Below the pieces are notes generated by a model, which did no database searches, was not told the DNA's origin, and worked only from the letters and a program-made list of their open reading frames with translations. Shown here in pieces: positions 20,717-29,500 of a stretch of DNA of 64,000 bases. The stretch is from Candidatus Babeliales bacterium (GTDB lineage: Bacteria > Babelota > Babeliae > Babelales > JBFXEV01). The position numbers and the translations under genes are program-made. Where the stretch lies: positions 1,449,994 to 1,513,993 of the forward strand of contig JBFXEV010000001.1 in NCBI GenBank assembly GCA_050179755.1, given 5' to 3'. How positions within the stretch are numbered: the stretch's first letter is position 1; every line of letters starts with the position of its first letter.

Positions 20717-21397
20717 TTACCACAATTTTTTTATTAATACCGGTATCAAGACTAGCAAGCTCAAAAGAAAAAAAGCAAGAATTATAGGGAAACTAAGTAT
20801 ATCAGAAGCTGAACGTATATACATCAATTGTTTTCCTGCATAAGCAAAAACAAGTGAACCCGGAATAATCCCGAGCGAAGTTGTCCATATAAACGTGCTG
20901 AGCTTTACTCGCGTGAGCCCCGCCAAAAGATTAACTAAAAAAAAGGGGAAAATTGCTGCAAGCCTTGCAAATAATAAATAATAAAAACCATTTTCTTTTA
21001 TGGCTTGATTTATAGCCCGCAATTGCACTTGATACGTACGCTGCACCCACATACCAACCAAATAACGTGCTGCAATAAAAGCAATTGTTGCACCCAGCGT
21101 TGCACCAATGTTAATATATATCACGCCCGGAAATACATTAAAAAGATATCCTCCTAACATGGTAATAATAAATGCCCCTGGTAGAGCAAGAGCTACTGCT
21201 AGGATATACAAAGCTATATAACAGAACACCGTATACCAGTAATGATCACGCACTAATGCAAGCAAATAACCTTGGTGTGTTTGCACCCATTCAAGATTAA
21301 GATATTTCATAAAATTGAAATACCAACTCACGGCGACTATAAGTAATAAAAAGAATAGAATAATAAGACGTTTTTTAAATATGTGCATAAGATACAT
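20717..21397 (-). CDS. TVP38/TMEM64 (VTT/DedA) membrane protein
   Basis: LPGA...GGYLF, GATLGA, ARL..IFPFFLVN, GIIPGS. Confidence 0.9.
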   Translation of the reverse strand: MYLMHIFKKRLIILFFLLLIVAVSWYFNFMKYLNLEWVQTHQGYLLALVRDHYWYTVFCYIALYILAVALALPGAFIITMLGGYLFNVFPGVIYINIGATLGATIAFIAARYLVGMWVQRTYQVQLRAINQAIKENGFYYLLFARLAAIFPFFLVNLLAGLTRVKLSTFIWTTSLGIIPGSLVFAYAGKQLMYIRSASDILSFPIILAFFLLSLLVLIPVLIKKLW

Positions 21398-21471
21398 TCA
21401 ACTCACCATCTACCGCGATACATTTTTTCGTTACTCGAAAAAATACGCAATAGGAACAGTAAGTAATTAAT

Positions 21472-22152
21472 TCACTTTATGATTTTAAAATGGCGCAAGA
21501 TGATCGGTACAAGCGCAAGTAACGCAAGAAGCACCAACGGAATCACAAACTTTGGTGCAAAAATACCTGCAAAAGAATCAAGACTGCCAAGTTCTTGCCC
21601 TGCATATGCATAAATAAATGAGCCCGGTAAAATACCAACCGCCGTTGCCCAAATAAAAGTCCAGCTCGCAATTCCTGCTAAACTTGCAGCAATTACGATA
21701 AACCCAAACGGGGTAATTGGCAAGAGCTGCAAAAATAAAATGTAATTTGAACCATGTTGCGTAATATTTTTGGTAAGCGGTTCAAGTTGCTTGCCATATT
21801 TTGCTTGCATAGTGTCATACAGCAAATAACGAAACACTAAAAATGAAATAAATGCGCCAACTGTTGCGCTAAACACGGTAAAAAGAGTTGCCTGTATTGC
21901 ACCAAAAAAATAACCGCCGACTACGGTAAGAATAATAGAAATAGGAATGGCAAATGCAACAACGAGTATGTATGCCAGCATATATATAAGGCGAGAACCA
22001 ATTGGCCACGACGCAATAAAATCAGCCACATGTTGTTTATGCTGCAAGAAAAAATCAAAATTAATATAGTCACCAATATGCATAAAACGGAGCAGTATCA
22101 TAAACAAAATTAGTCCAACCGCAATAACAACACGCTTGATGGAGACATTCAT
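21472..22152 (-). CDS. TVP38/TMEM64 (VTT/DedA) membrane protein
   Basis: GGYFFG, SATVGA, GILPGS; TAATG-coupled to the oxidoreductase. Confidence 0.85.
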   Translation of the reverse strand: MNVSIKRVVIAVGLILFMILLRFMHIGDYINFDFFLQHKQHVADFIASWPIGSRLIYMLAYILVVAFAIPISIILTVVGGYFFGAIQATLFTVFSATVGAFISFLVFRYLLYDTMQAKYGKQLEPLTKNITQHGSNYILFLQLLPITPFGFIVIAASLAGIASWTFIWATAVGILPGSFIYAYAGQELGSLDSFAGIFAPKFVIPLVLLALLALVPIILRHFKIIK

Positions 22153-23594
22153 TAGATTTTTCCTTTCAAACCCAATAACCACTTACCAAAACGCACAAAG
22201 GGATTATGTTGTATGTTATCAATGTACGCATCTTTTGCCGTATGCCAAATAACTTCTGAATAGGCTGGATATGCGTGCATAACTTTAAAAAGATCTGTCA
22301 GTTTTTTACCAAATACTTTAGCAACTTGCATTTCATGTATAATATCGCCAGCTCGTGCACCCAAAATTTGTGCCCCTAAAATAGAGCCATGTTTATCGCA
22401 AATAATTTTACAAAGACCATGTTTTTCACGATCAATTACGGCACGATCAAATGTATATTCTCTGCGATAAATGCGGATAGCGTCACCATATTTTTTGCGT
22501 GCTTCTGGCTCTGTCATACCACAATTTGCAAGCTCTGGTTCAGTAAAGGTAACCCACATTACATTAGTATATGAAATCTTTTTACGCCAGAACGGTAACA
22601 AAGCATTCTGTGTTGCAAGATTTGCTTGAAAGAATGCCACGTGACTAAATAGATAGGGGCCCACCACGTCACCTGCCGCCCAAATATTTTTGGCAGTAGT
22701 GCGCAACGTGCTATCTACCGTAATTGATTTATTAGTGTAGTGCACGCCAGCTTTTTCAAGATCAAGACCTTCCACGTTGGGGCGCCTACCAACGGCAATA
22801 AGTATTGCTTTTGCAGCCAACGTATGGGGTTTGCCCTGAGCGTCGGTACAATCAAACGTGATAGTATCCCCAATGCGAGAAACAGAATTGGCACGCCAGC
22901 TCGTGTGAATAATCACCCCTTCTTCACGCAAAATATGCTGTATGCGCTCAACAAGTTCAGGGTCTTCTTGCACAAGCAAACGCTCATGCGATTCTATAAG
23001 TGTGATTTTAACGCCCAAGCGATTAAGCGATGATGCCATTTCACAACCAATTGGGCCACCACCCACAATTATGAGTGATTCGGGTAGTGTGTGCAGTGCA
23101 AATAATGATTTATTAGTAAGATAGGGCACATCTTTGAGCCCTTCAATGGGCGGAATAAAAGCGTGAGTACCCGTGGTAATGATAGCTTTATTAAATGAAA
23201 TAGCTTTGCCATCTAAGATAATATGATGATTATCAAGAAACTTTGGCAACCCAAATTGCACGTCTATACCTAAAGCACGTAACGTTTCTGGGGTATGAGT
23301 TTGATATATTTCTTGCACTACCGCACGCACATGTGGCATAACGTTTGAAGTATCAAAAGTAATTGGCTCTTGCGTTGCCACGCCATAGCACGAAAGTCTT
23401 TTGGCAATAAGCGCTGCATAACCTGATTTTATAATTGCTTTACTGGGCACACAACCAGTCCATGTACACTCGCCACCCAACTTATCTTTTTCAACAAGTA
23501 AAACCTTTTTGCCCAATCCCCGCGCTAATTTAGCAGATACAAGCCCAGCGCCCCCGCCACCAATAACCAAGAAATCATAATCATAGTGCGCCAT
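22152..23594 (-). CDS. Pyridine nucleotide-disulfide oxidoreductase (LpdA/MerA-like)
   Basis: GGGGAG, GGECTWTGCVPSK redox disulfide, GGGPIG, HAYPAYSE; no MerA C-terminal Cys pair. Confidence 0.88.
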   Translation of the reverse strand: MAHYDYDFLVIGGGGAGLVSAKLARGLGKKVLLVEKDKLGGECTWTGCVPSKAIIKSGYAALIAKRLSCYGVATQEPITFDTSNVMPHVRAVVQEIYQTHTPETLRALGIDVQFGLPKFLDNHHIILDGKAISFNKAIITTGTHAFIPPIEGLKDVPYLTNKSLFALHTLPESLIIVGGGPIGCEMASSLNRLGVKITLIESHERLLVQEDPELVERIQHILREEGVIIHTSWRANSVSRIGDTITFDCTDAQGKPHTLAAKAILIAVGRRPNVEGLDLEKAGVHYTNKSITVDSTLRTTAKNIWAAGDVVGPYLFSHVAFFQANLATQNALLPFWRKKISYTNVMWVTFTEPELANCGMTEPEARKKYGDAIRIYRREYTFDRAVIDREKHGLCKIICDKHGSILGAQILGARAGDIIHEMQVAKVFGKKLTDLFKVMHAYPAYSEVIWHTAKDAYIDNIQHNPFVRFGKWLLGLKGKI

Positions 23595-23836
23595 GCTGCC
23601 CCCTTGTCTTTACTTTACTGTACCGTTTTACAGCATAAAGGCGCAAGAGTTTACAAAGCGAATCCTCAATGAATGGGCAAAAGATGACCTCTTCTTATCT
23701 GATTATTTCAAATATAAAATATATATATAAAAAGATTGTATTTTAAACACTTTTAATATATACAGTTGTGCCGATATTTAGTAGTATGAATATATTGATG
23801 GATTGGTTTAATTTAAAAATGAAGGTTCTTTTCAAA

Positions 23837-24562
23837 ATGAATTCTCGTTACATATTTAGTTTTTGCCTTATTGGCCTTATGGCAATTTTAGTTGGCTGTG
23901 GCGGCGCAACCCCGTTACCTGATAAAACACGCAGATCTGTGGATTGCAGATATTTTGAAGAACAAAACAACATTGGACTTACCGTCAAAACGCTCAACAG
24001 AATTGAATGTAAACGCCTTTTTGGTTCAGACGCATTGTTAGCAAGTAACAAGCCAATTTACCCTGTATTGTTTGTTATTGATAATAATTGCAGCAAAAAT
24101 GTGGTTATATCTCCTGATTCCATCGCATTGCCAACAGTAAAGCGCCAAGTCATTACTAAACGATTACATCAAGACACTACTTGGAATAACATTGGCATCT
24201 TTTTAAATGAATTTTCCGCAGCTGACTCGTTGCATACTGCAAGAAATAGCGTCTATACAAAAGATGCTGTTAACGAAACGATTAATGCATTACAAGCTAA
24301 ACAATTTTCTAATATATTGCAGGAAGAAGCTCATCAAAAAACTCATCACAATATAGCAATTAATGAACTACTTGATTCATTACTCTTAAGCGAACCGGTT
24401 ATTATTAGTGCTCATAGCAGAGCAATGTATTGCTTGTTTGTTGCTGAAGATGATTATCGATCAGTATTTCCTGTTACTATTAAAGTGCCTGATGCACACG
24501 ACACGCTCACGTACCATGTTAACATGAAAAAATATGCACCTGCTTGGCAATCAACCAAATAG
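23837..24562 (+). CDS. Hypothetical lipoprotein
   Basis: Signal peptide with lipobox LVG-C. Confidence 0.65.
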   Translation: MNSRYIFSFCLIGLMAILVGCGGATPLPDKTRRSVDCRYFEEQNNIGLTVKTLNRIECKRLFGSDALLASNKPIYPVLFVIDNNCSKNVVISPDSIALPTVKRQVITKRLHQDTTWNNIGIFLNEFSAADSLHTARNSVYTKDAVNETINALQAKQFSNILQEEAHQKTHHNIAINELLDSLLLSEPVIISAHSRAMYCLFVAEDDYRSVFPVTIKVPDAHDTLTYHVNMKKYAPAWQSTK

Positions 24563-24577
24563 CTACTTCTAAAAAAT

Positions 24578-24613
24578 AAAGGCCAGCAAGTTAGTTAACT
24601 TGCTGGCTTTTTT
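24578..24613. terminator. Intrinsic terminator between convergent genes, probably bidirectional
   Basis: GCCAGCAAGTTA...TAACTTGCTGGC hairpin plus T tract. Confidence 0.8.
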
Positions 24614-24630
24614 AATGCTTTCTATTTTTT

Positions 24631-25599
24631 TTATTGATGCTTAAGCGCACCCGTAATAAATTGAGCTCGCCAATCATATTCTGCAGACAAAACAGGATTA
24701 TTTGCTTTCAATGTAGCTTGGTGTTTATTATAGGAAACAAGAAACTTCTTAGCAACTTCAGGTTCTGCAGCTATCACTTCTTGCTCTGCTGACGTATCAA
24801 GCTGCCTCCAAAATGGCCTTGTAACAATACTATGCATAATGCCGCGTAATTGATCGCCAATTATTGAGGAAAGCGTCAGAGATCCTGCAAATTTTAACAA
24901 CCCTGGAATGCATACTGCAGAGCACGCGCTAGCCAGCGCAGGAGCTGCATTACAGACTGCTTGCGTAACACCAAGAGATTGATCTTGCTGTGCTGCAAAA
25001 TCAGTCACGTGTGCCATTGTTTTATGCACGATCACGGCAAGTACTGCGCCAACAATAAGCTTTGATGCTACTTTTGTGCGGTACGTTCCATTATTAAAAT
25101 GAGTAATCGCTCGTTTAAGAATATACTTTTTAATAGTACGTACTGGATCCGCAACATACCGCCCTTGTTCTTGAGCTATATTTTCAAAGTGCGCACGCAT
25201 TTCTGGCGTATTCAATGTAAGCCATTCAGCTTCATCAATAAAAATACAAGAGTTGGTTATAAGCACCGACGTGGCATTGCCTGAAACTTGAGGGTTTAAT
25301 TTTAAAATATAGATTGAACTATCTTCAAAATTAAGTTCTTTCAAGAGAGACTTAACTTCTTGATACACAGGATTTGAAAGTTGTGCAAATTCATAGCCAG
25401 TGCCATCTTGTTTTGCAATACCATATTTTGCCATTTGATGCCGTACTGAAAGCAAACTTGGTATATAGGCAATATCAAAAGGAATATAATCTGAATAGCC
25501 ACGATGCGCTTCATGTATGGGCGTATATCCTTGTTGATCCATGGCAGCAAGCGGCGCGCTTGCGCCAATTAATGCTAAAAATAATACTATTCTTTTCAT
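24631..25599 (-). CDS. Secreted hypothetical protein, degenerate M48-peptidase-like
   Basis: Signal peptide LAA/MD; CIFIDE...KKYILKRAITH where M48 has HExxH. Confidence 0.55.
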   Translation of the reverse strand: MKRIVLFLALIGASAPLAAMDQQGYTPIHEAHRGYSDYIPFDIAYIPSLLSVRHQMAKYGIAKQDGTGYEFAQLSNPVYQEVKSLLKELNFEDSSIYILKLNPQVSGNATSVLITNSCIFIDEAEWLTLNTPEMRAHFENIAQEQGRYVADPVRTIKKYILKRAITHFNNGTYRTKVASKLIVGAVLAVIVHKTMAHVTDFAAQQDQSLGVTQAVCNAAPALASACSAVCIPGLLKFAGSLTLSSIIGDQLRGIMHSIVTRPFWRQLDTSAEQEVIAAEPEVAKKFLVSYNKHQATLKANNPVLSAEYDWRAQFITGALKHQ

Positions 25600-25613
25600 A
25601 AGATTCTCCATTT

Positions 25614-26492
25614 TTATTCAATAACTTCAGTTTCACTGGAATGATCGCCTTCATCACTTTCTGTATCAGATAAATGCGATAAACTTATTTTTTCTAATGC
25701 TTTTGCACGTGCTTGCTCGGCCAAATAACGCGCTACCGGTGCAGTAATAACCGCATTCACCAAAGGTCCCACGCCCGGCGTAAGCAATGACGACCAGGCA
25801 GTTTTGCCAGCCATTATACACAACGACGGCGAATAAAATTGATCACATGTTTGATTAGCTGTTGTTGCAATACCTGTTGAAATGGTTTCAAGCCATGCAG
25901 TTCCTGGCACCGATTCTGCCATCCACGAGCATAATGATGGTGCAAGCGTGTAGCTTACAATACCAATCACCGTGCTTACTAAGATGCCATCAACCACCAT
26001 TTTGACGGCCAACTTCTTGCGATATTGACCTTGTGCATACTGCTCAACCATAAGAGCACTAAAAAATTTTTTAATTTCTAAAGCATTTTCATGCGTTTTA
26101 AGAGAAAGCCACCATGCTTGATCTATAAAAATACCACCGTTGGTTACTATAAATCCTGGTGCTTCTTGCGCTTTTTCTTTATCTAATTGCAGCATAAAAA
26201 TATCTGCAGGATCAAGATCCGCTTCTTTAAGGAGTGGCGCTATTTCTGCGTATACTGCAGGGTCAAGTTCTAAATAACCTTCGGTAGCAGTAGGTATGCC
26301 GTAGGCTGCAAGTTGCTGCTTTACCGAGAAAAATTCAGGCAAGCCATAAAGATACCCTGCAATTTGCTTGGGAATACGATCAAAAATGCTTGATTTCACC
26401 TGTAAGGCAGGGATAGATACCCGCTCATTCTCCATCCCATAAAGAGGAGAAATAGCCAAAACTAGGAATAAGATTGAAAATAATCGTTTCAT
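25614..26492 (-). CDS. Secreted hypothetical protein, paralog of 24631-25599
   Basis: Shared SV..Q.A.YGI, P.VY.E...LLKE, ITN/VTN..IFID.A.WL.L, IKK, Y.GxYRxK blocks. Confidence 0.6.
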   Translation of the reverse strand: MKRLFSILFLVLAISPLYGMENERVSIPALQVKSSIFDRIPKQIAGYLYGLPEFFSVKQQLAAYGIPTATEGYLELDPAVYAEIAPLLKEADLDPADIFMLQLDKEKAQEAPGFIVTNGGIFIDQAWWLSLKTHENALEIKKFFSALMVEQYAQGQYRKKLAVKMVVDGILVSTVIGIVSYTLAPSLCSWMAESVPGTAWLETISTGIATTANQTCDQFYSPSLCIMAGKTAWSSLLTPGVGPLVNAVITAPVARYLAEQARAKALEKISLSHLSDTESDEGDHSSETEVIE

Positions 26493-26536
26493 CTTTATAA
26501 CCTCCAGATAACGATTTCTTATCTATTTGTATTAAT

Positions 26537-26565
26537 AGAGTACCATAAAGCGCTCTTTTGGTCAA
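26537..26565 (-). promoter_or_regulatory. sigma70-type promoter
   Basis: TTGACC-17 bp-TACTCT with TG extension upstream of 26492. Confidence 0.5.
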
Positions 26566-26589
26566 ATACAGGCAAATACAGGGGACAAA

Positions 26590-29500
26590 TCACTTTGCGC
26601 CAGTTATGCTTTTTTGGAAAGTAGCCTCTGGCACCACCATATAATACTGAATATTGGCCTTTTGCAATGAATGCGTAATCTTACTAACAGCTTTTATTAT
26701 GTCGTGTGATCGCTGCGGATTAGTTGTTTTACATGCCTGAGCGTCTTCATGAAGGCGGGATACTACCAGACTAATTGCATTACCTATAAAACCACAATAC
26801 GATTTCATATTTTTTACATTAGTTAGAAGCAAAAACAATGGTTCATAATGCTGCAATAAAAGCGGGTAATCACTGCCGTTGATGCAATGCATTGTTGCTA
26901 TCATGAGGCGCCATTCAACCGAATGAGACTGATAAAAATTATGCTGCTTCATACAATCAATTAATTGTTCAAACACTTTATTAGCCTGTTCTCTCTGTTC
27001 AAGTTTTTGCGTCAATAAACAGTCAAGCATAAACTTTATTAAGCGCATACCAAAAGTTTGAACAGTACCAATTGCAATATCTTTGCTAAATTGTTTTGCA
27101 ACAGTAGCTTCTATGCCACGCTCTATATGCTCAAGGGCTTTTAAAACATTAGAATCTTTGCTAATATGCACAAAAGCCATTTCAAGATGTGCAAGTGCAC
27201 TTAACCTACCCCCATCTGCTATCACTCTATCAAATAACTTTATTGCTTCATCATATTTTTTTTGCACCGCTTTCAAACCTCCAAGTGCTTGCATAGCAGC
27301 AATATGGCCATTTTTCGCTTTATGCTCTAAAAACAAAATAAGATCATCTGGATACATATAACCGCCAGCGCAAAGTTGTGATAGCTCTAGATAAAGATCA
27401 TCTGACGCATTATGAGTGCGTTGTATTAGTTCAAATTTATAGGCGATCGCTTTTTTAAAATCACCGTCCTCACGCGCAAAAGAAACTAAACGCTTAAGCG
27501 CACAAGTACTTCTATCTTTTAAGCTTAAAGCAAGTTTTTTTGACCGTTTCCTATCAGGGATTACTTCTTTCCCACATGGCAACGTGCTACCACCATATAA
27601 TCTGAGTAATAATTCTCCTGCAGCGGCTTCTTGCTCGGCAATACCTTCAAGTGCTTTAAGCGCTGCACTGAACATTTGATCGCTCATCTGCGCATTGCAA
27701 TATAATCTATCTTTCCACCAATGATAAATCCCGGTGCTATAACCAGAATCTTTAGCTTTATCGCCATAGCTCATTACAGCAGCTAAGTCCTCATTAGATG
27801 CATCCGCGCCCCCATAGTGCGCAGAACACCAGAGCATCATTATACACGCTGCACGGCCATTATTCGTGGTATCTGCAAGACGCTTAATATACTCAATATG
27901 TTTAGTAATGACATCATAAAAACCGCTTGCTTGTAAATCGCTCAGAGTAAGCTCGTGAAAAGACATACATCTAATAATGGCCTCGAGAGCGTCATTCATC
28001 TCTTTTTTATTTTTGCTCAATAGATTTTTTTCTACAAAATTATCAAGTGCCGGCACACACCCATTGAAGGCTAATATGCGTACCGATTGAAGCGCTAATG
28101 ACCGTAATTTATCACTATTAATACCTGGTATCGTGCCCGCATTAGTATGTTCCAAAGTTGGTTGCAACTCATGAAACACAACTGCCAGCGCTTCTCTGTT
28201 ACCTTGAACGTAAGGAATATATATAGTTTGATCAAACAAAAACAAGGATTCAAAGTTTCTTTCAAATTGTGCAACATGCCGCGCTTGCTCAGGCTCACTT
28301 GTTGCAGCCTCACCACTACACTTAAGAGCCTGTTGCAAATGCCTTCGTTTTGATTCCCTATCAGCTTGAAGAGCTTTATCATGCTCTGCTTCATAACTTA
28401 ACATTTTGCTCAGCAAAAATTGTGCCTGCGCACTACCTTGAGCTGCTGCTGCATCCAGGGTTCGCATCAAAAGCGCATCTTTGCAAATGGCCTGCGCTTT
28501 TTCACTTGCCATATCTTCAAAAACTACATCAATAAGGCAAAGATTCTTCAAAAATTCTTCTGTGGCCAGCGTTGGCTCTTTTACCAGCGTTCTAAAAGTC
28601 ACGCAAGCGCCTTGCTCATTTTGAAATTCACCCCCATTAAGCACGCGCCACTTCTTCATTTCCTCAGTTTCTTCTTCCTTTTTTACTACTTCTGTTGATG
28701 CTACAATGCCCAATGTACGTAATGCAACAACTAGTTCATCATAATGAGTGGCAGCTTCAGTTTTATAATCTGCATCTGCATCAACAAGATCAAGTAAGGG
28801 AAGTACTTGCAATACAAAGGGTAAGCCATGCGATTCTATATTTTCTAAATGCGTAATATCATGTACAAGCAATAAGCAAAGATCCGCGGCGAAAAATAAG
28901 TTATTGCCGCATAAGTGAACTTCAGGTGTTTTACAAAATATTTCAAGTAATTCATACACACCATGTTTGCCATCACTCAATTCAATGGCTTCTTTAAAAC
29001 ACTCAATTGCCTGCGCAGTTGATTCAGGATAACGTGCATGCAAAGTACCTAACGCTCGTAATGCAGACGGTAATTTAACTTTCGCTTTTTGCTTTATAAA
29101 TTCATATATTTCTTCTACTTGAGCAGATGAACAAAGAGGTGAATCTATCAATCGCGCCAATTGCGCACAAGATTCTTCACAGCCTGCTGATACAGCTTCT
29201 TGCAAAAGCGTCACAGCGTTACGCACGTGCATCTCTTCATGTGCGCGATCATTGCTTGCTTTATCAAGTTCTTCTTGCGCAAGAATACGCTTTGTTTCTT
29301 TAAACTCCTTCAATTTTTGCGCAAGATAATAAGCTGTTTTCCTATCTTGACCTAGAGAATAACCACAAGCAAACGTCCTTTCAGAACCATCAAAATAATG
29401 CTGTGCAAGGATAACGCCTGCGTAAGAATCGCCCATGTTATATGCACGTAATAATCTTTTCATATGCGCTTCAAATTCTTGTTTACTCATCGGTTTTAGT

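Noticed and set aside
22152..23594. Mercuric reductase merA call
   Set aside because: No NmerA domain, no C-terminal Cys-Cys, no merR/merT nearby.
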